Shown here: one piece after another, positions 29,782-39,444 of the stretch
How positions within the stretch are numbered: position 1 is the stretch's first letter
Layout of the letters: each line of letters begins with the position of its first letter
Assembly: GCA_027078545.1 (NCBI GenBank)
Contig: JALWXN010000004.1
Location: 160,001 to 224,000, forward strand
Length of the DNA: 64,000 nucleotides
Direction of reading: 5' to 3'
From: Nitrososphaeria archaeon
Lineage (GTDB): Archaea > Thermoproteota > Nitrososphaeria > Geothermarchaeales > JDFR-13
Notes under the pieces: generated by a model
What the model saw: the letters and a program-made list of their open reading frames with translations, nothing else
The model's database searches: none
Told to the model about the DNA's origin: nothing
Program-made: the position numbers and the translations under genes

Positions 29782-31050
29782 TCAGTAGCTCAGGGGGTAT
29801 CTAAGCAGGGCTGCCACGCCTCCGAACTGGCTGAAGATCTTGCCATGCTCCGTCTCGGGGGTTATCAGGACTACCTTGAACCCCATCTCCTCACCCTTAT
29901 CGGCGAGGTAGTCTATCAACCCCTTCTCCTCAGCTATGGACATCTCGGCGCCGCACTTGTCGCACTTGGGTGGGCGGTACTCAAGCTTCAATGCATCTGA
30001 GGGGTCGAGGATCAACTCCTTCTCATATCCACATTTTGGGCATCTAAGCCTTACATACCTCTTGTCGATATCCTCCATCACCAGTACCGTGTCTATGGCC
30101 CCGCTGTATATGTTCCTAACCACCTCGTCGATGCCGTAGAGAACCATGTTGTGCCTCTTGCTCAGCCTTGTTAGGAACTCGTCGACCAGCCTCTTCTCCC
30201 TGACATACTTCATCCCCGATAGGATGTCCCTAGCCCTGTCGAGGATCTCCCTGAGCCCCTCCTCCCCCGAGTAGTTCGTGTCTATGACAGCCACGATCTT
30301 GTTCTTGATCCTATAGTCTAGATCCGCCTCCTCGATGAACTCGTTCTTAGTAAAGCCTGGCCCACCGACTATGACCCCCCTCAGCCGGGGATAGACATCA
30401 TCCCTGAGGAACTCTTCATTCACGTGTTTAGCCACCCTGTCGAAGTATTGGTGGACAGCCATCTCCCTCAGCCGCTCGAACCTCCTGGCCGACTGGCCAC
30501 CTGCCCTATGCTTACCGGGTATCCCAGAGGTGTATTTACCCAGCACCTTGATCCTACTCCCCTCCAGTAGGCCTATCGCCGCCTCGTTCACATCTATCGA
30601 TATGAGGCCGAAGACCTCCTTCTCCCTGAGGGTCTCCTCTAGATACTCGGTGTGGAAATGGTCGTCACACCTGTAGAGGTTGACGTTCACCGGCTCGGGG
30701 GGCTCCACCACGTATATCTCCATCTTCTCAGTCCCCGGGCCCGATACGGGTATGGCTCCACAGAAGACTACGAGCCCGTTCTCAGGGGCCTCGTCATAGT
30801 ACTTGAGCCTCTCAATAACCTTGGTTATAGCGTCCTTCACATGTTTACGGGTCGTGTCGGACTTTATGTTCTCGGCGGTGGCATACTCCTGCCTAAGATA
30901 GTTTATCACGTCGGACATCCTCTTCCTAGGAGGTATGTATAGGGAGATAAGCTCGGTCCCCCTACCCTTCTTCCTCTTAATCTCCTCAATCATCTTCTTT
31001 ATCCTATAACGCCTGAGATCCCGCTCCTCAACCTTCTCCTCTCTAGCCAT
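29782..31050 (-). CDS. prf1: Peptide chain release factor aRF1 (start MAREEK at 31050)
   Basis: GTELISLYIP, NIKS, YRCD, GGQS. Confidence 0.97.
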   Translation of the reverse strand: MAREEKVEERDLRRYRIKKMIEEIKRKKGRGTELISLYIPPRKRMSDVINYLRQEYATAENIKSDTTRKHVKDAITKVIERLKYYDEAPENGLVVFCGAIPVSGPGTEKMEIYVVEPPEPVNVNLYRCDDHFHTEYLEETLREKEVFGLISIDVNEAAIGLLEGSRIKVLGKYTSGIPGKHRAGGQSARRFERLREMAVHQYFDRVAKHVNEEFLRDDVYPRLRGVIVGGPGFTKNEFIEEADLDYRIKNKIVAVIDTNYSGEEGLREILDRARDILSGMKYVREKRLVDEFLTRLSKRHNMVLYGIDEVVRNIYSGAIDTVLVMEDIDKRYVRLRCPKCGYEKELILDPSDALKLEYRPPKCDKCGAEMSIAEEKGLIDYLADKGEEMGFKVVLITPETEHGKIFSQFGGVAALLRYPLSY

Positions 31051-31090
31051 ACCAATTATATTTCGAGGCGGCCTCCATAATAACCTCTGG

Positions 31091-31780
31091 ATGGTCGGGA
31101 TGGCCGGGTATGTAGTCAAGCTGACCGGCTCACTATTCGAGGAGGAGAACTGGGAGACACTGGTATCGATAGCCGAGACAGCCCGCCTCGCCAGGGGTAG
31201 GGCGAGGCTACTCTTCGTATGTGGAGGTGGGAGGCTACTTAGGAAGTGGCTATCCCTCCTGAGGAGGGAGGGCGGGGCGAGTGAATACGACCTGGACATG
31301 CTCGGCATAATGTTTACAAGGGTCAACGCAAGGATATTCAGCCTCCTCCTCAAGCCCGAGTCGGAGGAGAGGATACCCGAGACCGTGGAGGAGGCGGTGA
31401 TGCTGGCTCGGAACACTGATAGACACATCGTCATGGGAGGCGTATCCCCAGGCTTCTCCACAAACGCGGTGGCAGCCTTCCTAGCAAGGGAGCTGGGCTA
31501 CAGCTTCATAAACATGACTGGCGCCGGAGGCGTATATGACAAGGACCCCACGATACACAGCGACGCGAAGCTCTTGAGAAGGGTCGACACGGAGAAGCTG
31601 GCGGAGATACTGGGAGCAACATCCGAACATGCGGGGCACTACCCACTCCTCGACAAGACCTCCCTAGGGATAATAAGGAGGTACAGGGTCAAGACCTACA
31701 TAATCCCACCCGACCCTGAATCCCTAGGAGACATACTGAGCGGCAGAGAGCCGAGGAGGGGGAGCATAGTCACCCCATAA
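31091..31780 (+). CDS. pyrH: Uridylate kinase
   Basis: VVKL.GS, GGG, D.LGI..TR.NA, PGFSTNAVAA, GVYDKDP. Confidence 0.93.
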   Translation: MVGMAGYVVKLTGSLFEEENWETLVSIAETARLARGRARLLFVCGGGRLLRKWLSLLRREGGASEYDLDMLGIMFTRVNARIFSLLLKPESEERIPETVEEAVMLARNTDRHIVMGGVSPGFSTNAVAAFLARELGYSFINMTGAGGVYDKDPTIHSDAKLLRRVDTEKLAEILGATSEHAGHYPLLDKTSLGIIRRYRVKTYIIPPDPESLGDILSGREPRRGSIVTP

Positions 31781-31842
31781 GACGGGCCAAACGTTAATAA
31801 AAACCGGGGATCCAAATACCTATTGACAGCCCCACCACCCGT

Positions 31843-31931
31843 GGAGGGGTTCCCCTAGCCTGGCCAACGGGGCGCGGTTCAGGCCCGCGTGGCGTAGGCC
31901 TTCGTGGGTTCAAATCCCACCCCCTCCACCA
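31843..31931 (+). tRNA. tRNA-Leu(CAG)
   Basis: Acceptor GGAGGGG/CCCCTCC, anticodon arm CGCGG-TTCAGGC-CCGCG, long variable arm, encoded CCA. Confidence 0.95.
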
Positions 31932-32116
31932 CCCCTATCAACACTCCTAGACACCCAACCACCAACACAGTAAACCATTTACAGACACCAGACTTGCAAA
32001 GCTAGACTAAACAATTATTCACCACTTCGAATCCGAAATAGAAATTTTATATAAGAAGACTTAGGAAATAGCTTATATAGAAAAGAAATATGCTAGGTCA
32101 GTGAAGGTGGAACGAG

Positions 32117-32470
32117 ATGAAAATGTCTAGCCGGAACTACAAGGTATTCGCGTTGATCCTGGGCAACGCCCTACTAGTCCTAGCAATATTCCTAGAAACC
32201 AGCTTCAGACCCGAAGCCGTCATAGTATTCTCATCATACTTCGTAATATCATCCATACTATCCAGGTACATAGAAAGCCCTGGATCCCTATTCCACATCA
32301 CAGTCTCCCTCCTCGTACTATCAATCGTAATATACAACAGGCTCATCGGAGACACGAGAAACATACACATAGACATCGCAGTCTTATCAACATACATGGC
32401 AGTCACAACAGCAAGAGAAATATACCACGAAGCAAGGAAGAGACGGCAAACCAACAAACCAAAGCCATAA
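32117..32470 (+). CDS. Small membrane protein (about 4 TM helices)
   Basis: Four hydrophobic segments, basic C-tail, SD-like GAAGGTG upstream. Confidence 0.7.
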   Translation: MKMSSRNYKVFALILGNALLVLAIFLETSFRPEAVIVFSSYFVISSILSRYIESPGSLFHITVSLLVLSIVIYNRLIGDTRNIHIDIAVLSTYMAVTTAREIYHEARKRRQTNKPKP

Positions 32471-32703
32471 AACCCCCGGCATAAATACCGAGGGACACCA
32501 AGCCACCCAAAAACATCAACAATACAGATAAACAACACCCTCCACCCTTGAGACAGGACAACCAATAGAGGATCGAGGCACGAATCCACAAAGCTGTTGA
32601 TGGGTTGCTAGGATAATGGAAGCCGTCTGATGATTCGGTAGGGGGATTTTAGACAGGTTGTTAAATAAATAATGCCATTATAGTTATTTGGGGGCTAAAA
32701 CCC

Positions 32704-33804
32704 GTGTATAAGCAAGGTATTCCCCTAATACTTATAGCAATACTCGTAACCGGGTTAACTCCCATCCAGGCCGTGTCGATTGATGATGATCCTCCCGTAA
32801 GGGTGTTGCTGAAGTATATTGATGAGGGCTTCACCCATATAGGGGATGGGGTCTATGTCATCGACTACATGGAATATCTAAAGCCTCGTAACAGGACTGT
32901 ATTAGTAAATGGCGAGAAGCTCCCCCGCGAAGCGGAGGAGTTCATGAGTAACCACGTACTGAATTCCCAGATCATGAAGATGTATGAAAAATACGTGTCT
33001 AGCATAAAGTCCCTAGTGGTCACGGCCCTCGAGATCGAGCAGAGCGTCACCGTGATACCCACGATACACCACTACAACGAGAAGAAGGATATAGTCCTCC
33101 TGAGATACCGTATAAACCTCTTCATGGACGACAAGTATAGAGACTTTGTAGAGGCCAAGATAAAGGAGCTCTACCCAGTCCTGATCAGACACTTCAGGGC
33201 ATGGTCGTCAAAGGCAGCTGAACAGTTCTACTACATGACGGGGATAGACATCAGCGGCGAGTATAGGAACGAGACCATCATAGTCCTCATAGCAGACATG
33301 AAGACGGAGCCCCACTACATAGTGGGGAGGGAGGTATATATCCCCAAGGGCTCCAGAGTAGTCGAGGACCCGATCAACGTCACCCACCTAAAAGAGGTGC
33401 TGAGAGACGCCATGAATAGATGGCCAGAGCTGGTGGGCCATGACTACTCATTCGGAATACTCAGGATATTCCTCACAGCATACGACAACCCCCCAACAGA
33501 GGAGATACTGGCGAAGGCAACCATGCTGAGGAGGGAGATACTGGGGAGGGACGACCTACCCATACAGGTAGTCCTCTTCAGAAAAATTCGCATCACCGAC
33601 ATAGAGATAGCCCCATACAGACCAGCAGAGACATCGCTACAGCCCCCCACAGACCCTGAGACCCAGCCCCAAACCCAGGAACAGCAAGACCCAGCGGCCG
33701 AGGAAGACCCGAGCCCAATCACCGCCATAGCCATAACAGCCACCACAGCCACGATACTAGCAGCACTAACCCACATACTGAGACGCATCAGGAGAACAGG
33801 GTAG
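32704..33804 (+). CDS. Secreted, C-terminally anchored cell-surface protein of unknown function
   Basis: Signal-peptide-like N-terminus, P/Q/E/T linker, C-terminal hydrophobic helix followed by RRIRR. Confidence 0.75.
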   Translation: MYKQGIPLILIAILVTGLTPIQAVSIDDDPPVRVLLKYIDEGFTHIGDGVYVIDYMEYLKPRNRTVLVNGEKLPREAEEFMSNHVLNSQIMKMYEKYVSSIKSLVVTALEIEQSVTVIPTIHHYNEKKDIVLLRYRINLFMDDKYRDFVEAKIKELYPVLIRHFRAWSSKAAEQFYYMTGIDISGEYRNETIIVLIADMKTEPHYIVGREVYIPKGSRVVEDPINVTHLKEVLRDAMNRWPELVGHDYSFGILRIFLTAYDNPPTEEILAKATMLRREILGRDDLPIQVVLFRKIRITDIEIAPYRPAETSLQPPTDPETQPQTQEQQDPAAEEDPSPITAIAITATTATILAALTHILRRIRRTG

Positions 33805-33840
33805 GAGCCAAGAACCAGCCGGACAACCCCCCACTAAACA

Positions 33841-33856
33841 AGGTAAAACTTATATA
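33841..33856 (+). promoter_or_regulatory. BRE + TATA box of 16S rRNA transcription unit
   Basis: AGGTAAAA-C-TTATATA about 210 nt upstream of mature 16S. Confidence 0.75.
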
Positions 33857-33888
33857 CCCACCCCCATAAACATAAAGATGGAACACCA

Positions 33889-33963
33889 GTCCGTGTGGCG
33901 GTATCCAGGCGACAGAGGCGCCCGCCTCGAATGACCCCTGGATCTCCACACACGGACACACCA
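33889..33963 (+). ncRNA. H/ACA-type pseudouridylation guide hairpin in 16S pre-rRNA leader
   Basis: 9-bp lower stem directly followed by ACA, 5+5 nt pocket, 7-bp upper stem, K-turn-like apex, 14 nt from pocket top to ACA. Confidence 0.72.
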
Positions 33964-33999
33964 CCAGATGTCGGTCCAACCGAGGAAAAGATGGTTGGG

Positions 34000-35615
<1,616 letters not shown>

Positions 35616-35670
35616 TTTTGTTATGTTGTTTGTTGTGCTATTGTTTTGATTGTTGTTTCTAGGTGTTTGT
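35616..35670 (+). terminator. T-rich tract after the processing stem, probable terminator region
   Basis: Run of T-rich sequence immediately 3' of the stem; overlaps the end of a convergent gene. Confidence 0.4.
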
Positions 35671-36556
35671 TGAGTTGTTGTGTTGTTTTTGGTGGGTTGG
35701 TTGTTTCTATTCTGTTTTTTCGGGTTTGTTTGTAGTTGTGGGGTTTTAGTGTTTTTTTGAGTTTTTGTAGGGTTTTTTGTTTGTTGGTTTCGATTCTTAT
35801 TATGTATCCTTGTGGTTCGTCGTAGATCATTAGGGTTATGTGTGTGTCTGGCTGGGGTTTGTAGTGTGCCTCTATTTGTGGCCATCCCCAGTTCTGTGTT
35901 GATTCTAGGATTGGTGGTAGGTTGTTTTTGAGTGATTCTTCGAGTATTTTTCGGGCTATGTCTAGGTATGTCCTCATCTTCTCCCTCTTTGTTTGTTGGC
36001 GTGGGCGGGTGTGTCTTGTTATTCGTTCTTGTGTTACTTGTTTGAGTGTGTCTATTCCTTGTCTGACTAGGTTTTTTATGTGGGTTGTGTCGAGGGTTTC
36101 TAGTCTGTATCTGAGGATGGTGAATGCTACTCCGTCTGGGTGGATCTGTTCCTCTATGTCTAGTCCTTGTTGCCGTAGCTTCTCCGCGTTTTTTCTGCGT
36201 ATGTGGTGGTATTTGAAGGCTTCTGGGTATTTCTGCATTAGTTGTTGTAGGAATTCTCCTTTCCATGCTCCTTCCATTGGTTTTACTTCTTCCCATTCCT
36301 GGTCTAGGTCGAAGAGGATTGTTTCGAAGATCTTCTCTTTTGGTGTCTCGAGGGCTAGGATCATGTTGTCCATGTCTATCCAGATGGCTTCTATGGAGTA
36401 GTCCTCGATCAGGCTTACGGTTACTGATCGGTGGTCTATGGCTGTGGCTATCTCTGGGGGTATGGTCTCGTCCTCTAGTACTAGCTCGGTTATGACCCTC
36501 ATCAGGTCGTATGCCTTTGTTAGGCTCCTCATAACTCCCCCCTCTTCTCCTCCCAA
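35621..36556 (-). CDS. Hypothetical protein, paralog of 37293-38222
   Basis: 311-aa ORF sharing the YPEAF block and overall layout with the neighbouring 309-aa ORF; SD GGAGGGGG before ATG 36532. Confidence 0.75.
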   Translation of the reverse strand: MGGEEGGVMRSLTKAYDLMRVITELVLEDETIPPEIATAIDHRSVTVSLIEDYSIEAIWIDMDNMILALETPKEKIFETILFDLDQEWEEVKPMEGAWKGEFLQQLMQKYPEAFKYHHIRRKNAEKLRQQGLDIEEQIHPDGVAFTILRYRLETLDTTHIKNLVRQGIDTLKQVTQERITRHTRPRQQTKREKMRTYLDIARKILEESLKNNLPPILESTQNWGWPQIEAHYKPQPDTHITLMIYDEPQGYIIRIETNKQKTLQKLKKTLKPHNYKQTRKNRIETTNPPKTTQQLNKHLETTIKTIAQQTT

Positions 36557-36665
36557 TGTAAGATGTAATCTTGGGGTATGGCTGTTTTAACTTATTTCTT
36601 GACTAGGTTATCTGTGTCTGGAGAGTGTATTGGTTAAATTTTGATTTAGATATCTATTTTTTGGA

Positions 36666-37331
36666 ATGAGGCTTGCTTTACTGTCTCTCGCTTTGGGAGC
36701 CATATTTCTATATGTTGTCCTTAGTTATCCTCTGGTCTATCCTCTAGCTGAAAAAGATGGTAGAAGGGTATGTCTCGACTTAGAGGCGCTGGAGATAGAT
36801 ATGACGATTATCGTTGTTGGTGAGACTAGTGCCTATGTAGATGGGGTTATAGAGGTGTATATAGATAGGGGTATGGGGGTTGTACGTCTAGAGCCTGATG
36901 ATCTAGATGATTTTGACTGGATGGAGGTTGATGGGCTCGGCATAGTCGTGTTCTATGGCGATTGGCTGGCCAGCCATGTGTCAGACCCGAGGATAGCAGG
37001 CTTTATTGCTGAAATCGAGTTTGATAGGATAGGTCTTGTAGCGATCGATGGCAATACATCTAGCCTCTTTACCCTTCTGGATATGGTGGGTATCTATAAA
37101 CTTGTACAAGAGGGTGGTGTAAAGTGGAACCCTGCATATTCAAATCCTCATGTGGTGGGGTATATGCATCTTGAGGGGGTGATGCCTAATGGAAGCATAT
37201 ACTACTTCCCCTCGATCTTAATGTCGAATAGTAGGCTTGAGATAGATGCGGCTATCGCGATTGCCAATTGGATGGCTGGTGAAGACTACGAGTCAGAGCT
37301 GGACTGTGAATGGGTCCAGCTCCCGGGGTAG
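36666..37331 (+). CDS. Hypothetical protein with N-terminal membrane anchor/signal peptide
   Basis: Hydrophobic N-terminus, acidic globular remainder. Confidence 0.65.
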   Translation: MRLALLSLALGAIFLYVVLSYPLVYPLAEKDGRRVCLDLEALEIDMTIIVVGETSAYVDGVIEVYIDRGMGVVRLEPDDLDDFDWMEVDGLGIVVFYGDWLASHVSDPRIAGFIAEIEFDRIGLVAIDGNTSSLFTLLDMVGIYKLVQEGGVKWNPAYSNPHVVGYMHLEGVMPNGSIYYFPSILMSNSRLEIDAAIAIANWMAGEDYESELDCEWVQLPG

Positions 37332-38222
37332 TGTATCCCTAATCCACTGCCTCAGTCTTAGTGTTCCTATGAATACTTCTCTGTATAGTAGCTTCTCTGT
37401 ATGGAGTGTCTCTTTATACCTGCCCGTCTCTAGTAGTTCCCGGCGTTTCTCGGGTGTCGCGGGCCTCATCACTACATGGTATTTATGGCTGTCCATCTCT
37501 ATCTCTAGGGCTTTGACCAGCCTGCTCTTCTCCGTTCTGATATGGATCGCCGTGGGGGTCAGGTTGGATAGGTATACTGCCTGGGGTGTCTCGCCGATCC
37601 TGAGTAGGCTCTTCAGAGCAGTCTTCGCGGTCTCGTATAGCTCGTCTGTCGTCCTGGTCTCCCCCCTCCTATAGTAGGGATCGGCGGCGTCTCGATCCCT
37701 ACCCATCTCCCTACACCATCTCTGGAATGCCTCGGTGGCCTCCCTTGTCCTTGCGAGTATCTCGCCCGGCCCCCACCTGGCTATACGGAGCTTTAGCCTC
37801 GTATATGTATAGCTGTTCCGATCCACAATCGTCTCCAGCCTAATATTCATCTCCCTCGAGACTTTCTGAGCCGCCTCACGGGACATATCTAGATGTCTGA
37901 AGGCCTCGGGATACCTCTCCCTAAGGCTCTCTAGGGTGCTGGGGCTACTCCAGTCATCCACGTCCGAGAACTCGTCCTCCGCCCCGGGGTATAGCTGGGC
38001 TATCATCTCGGCTAGCTCATAGCCACCGCTCCTCGCCTCTAGCAGCCTGCCCTGCCGCCTAAGCTCCAGCTCCTCCAGCCTATCATCATCTAGGGTGATG
38101 AGGACCCTCCCCTCGTTTATGGATATGGAATAGTATGGGGCGAATATCGTCTCCCCGATTAGGTGCTTGGCGGCCAGATACGACATATCCAGGTTCTCCC
38201 GGATCTTCCCATGTCTAGTCAT
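37293..38222 (-). CDS. Hypothetical protein, paralog of 35621-36556
   Basis: 309-aa ORF with host-like codon use, start overlaps the stop of the upstream nuclease gene. Confidence 0.78.
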   Translation of the reverse strand: MTRHGKIRENLDMSYLAAKHLIGETIFAPYYSISINEGRVLITLDDDRLEELELRRQGRLLEARSGGYELAEMIAQLYPGAEDEFSDVDDWSSPSTLESLRERYPEAFRHLDMSREAAQKVSREMNIRLETIVDRNSYTYTRLKLRIARWGPGEILARTREATEAFQRWCREMGRDRDAADPYYRRGETRTTDELYETAKTALKSLLRIGETPQAVYLSNLTPTAIHIRTEKSRLVKALEIEMDSHKYHVVMRPATPEKRRELLETGRYKETLHTEKLLYREVFIGTLRLRQWIRDTLPRELDPFTVQL

Positions 38223-39441
38223 CTCGATCCCTCCAAAGGATTATGTATCCCTTATTACTCCTATGGTCGTAGCCAATTATTACGACAATTCTGGATAGTT
38301 TTTCCACCCGCCGATTCAGTAGGTCCTTTCCAACTACTCGTGTCAGCAGATCATAGTATTCACTGACTTGTTTAACGGCATTCTTTAAGGATCTCCTCCC
38401 TTCCCTTTCTTCAAACCTATACTTTATCTCTGCTACATACATCTCATTCTCGATAAATCCTATTATATCGGGTCTGCGATTAGCGAGGATCTCCCTTAAT
38501 ACATCTTTATAGGGATCGTGTTTAGTGGGCTCAACATACACTTCACGTATTCCGATGCTGTACAGGAAATTGATGGCTAAACTCTTCCCCAGGACGTCTC
38601 TTTTAGTCATGAACCCATCATTCCTTCCTTCTAGACGGTCTTTATGACTCTCCCTCATTATGGTGTCGGCTAGACTTCTAAGATTTTCATCCCTTATCCT
38701 GTATGTATACCTCTCTACTTCCAAGCCCGCTATTCTGGTTTTCTCTTTTTCGAGTATCTCCAACGAATCCGAAATAGGTTTAAAAAGCTTCTTCTTAACA
38801 TTCTTCTCGACGTCAAGAGACGTCTTCTTAAGCTTCTTTCCATGTCTGTAGTATAGATCGATGCTATATAGGGAGCTCTCTAACTTCTCGACTCTGTAAA
38901 CTGCTGGTCTAGATCCTCGCCTAGGTTCTACTATCCATAAATTAGCTTTTCCAAGTTTCATCTGAAACTTGAGTGTTACTACTTGACCTGCACGTGTTTT
39001 GCTGGGATACTCAGCTAGTAGTGCCACTCCACATCCTCTCTCCTTTTCATAGCTCCATCTCTCAGTGGATAGATATACGTCTCCCATCTTGACTACTATC
39101 TGGTTTATGTTGATGCTTAGAACTATTGGTAAGGTTTTCCTTATCGCTTCGTTAAAGTCTTTTATAAAATTGTAGACGTTGAAGGGTTTGATATTTACCC
39201 AATATTCCCCAGGCTTAAGGCCGCTAAACATTATTTCCTTCTCTTTCTCGCCCCCAAGGTGTCTCCAGTAGTAGATATACTGTTCTCCATCGTGGATCTC
39301 TAATTTGAAGACATCTGTACCCAGCATGTCGCGGGCATATTCAAATGTCAGACCGTGAATAACCAGTGTAGGGTATTTACCTCTCCTAATGACCGCGTTT
39401 GCAAGTATCTCAATGGACTCAGGCCTTATAGTTTCTCCCAC
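38215..39441 (-). CDS. Protein with C-terminal PD-(D/E)XK nuclease-like domain
   Basis: RRPDIIG...YVAEIKY...AVKQVSEY; N-terminal 270 aa unrecognised. Confidence 0.72.
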   Translation of the reverse strand: MGETIRPESIEILANAVIRRGKYPTLVIHGLTFEYARDMLGTDVFKLEIHDGEQYIYYWRHLGGEKEKEIMFSGLKPGEYWVNIKPFNVYNFIKDFNEAIRKTLPIVLSININQIVVKMGDVYLSTERWSYEKERGCGVALLAEYPSKTRAGQVVTLKFQMKLGKANLWIVEPRRGSRPAVYRVEKLESSLYSIDLYYRHGKKLKKTSLDVEKNVKKKLFKPISDSLEILEKEKTRIAGLEVERYTYRIRDENLRSLADTIMRESHKDRLEGRNDGFMTKRDVLGKSLAINFLYSIGIREVYVEPTKHDPYKDVLREILANRRPDIIGFIENEMYVAEIKYRFEEREGRRSLKNAVKQVSEYYDLLTRVVGKDLLNRRVEKLSRIVVIIGYDHRSNKGYIILWRDRDD

Positions 39442-39444
39442 GGT

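Noticed and set aside
31051-31461. 137-aa N-terminal extension of aRF1 in the ORF track
   Set aside because: It is the antisense of pyrH; aRF1 homology begins at ATG 31050.
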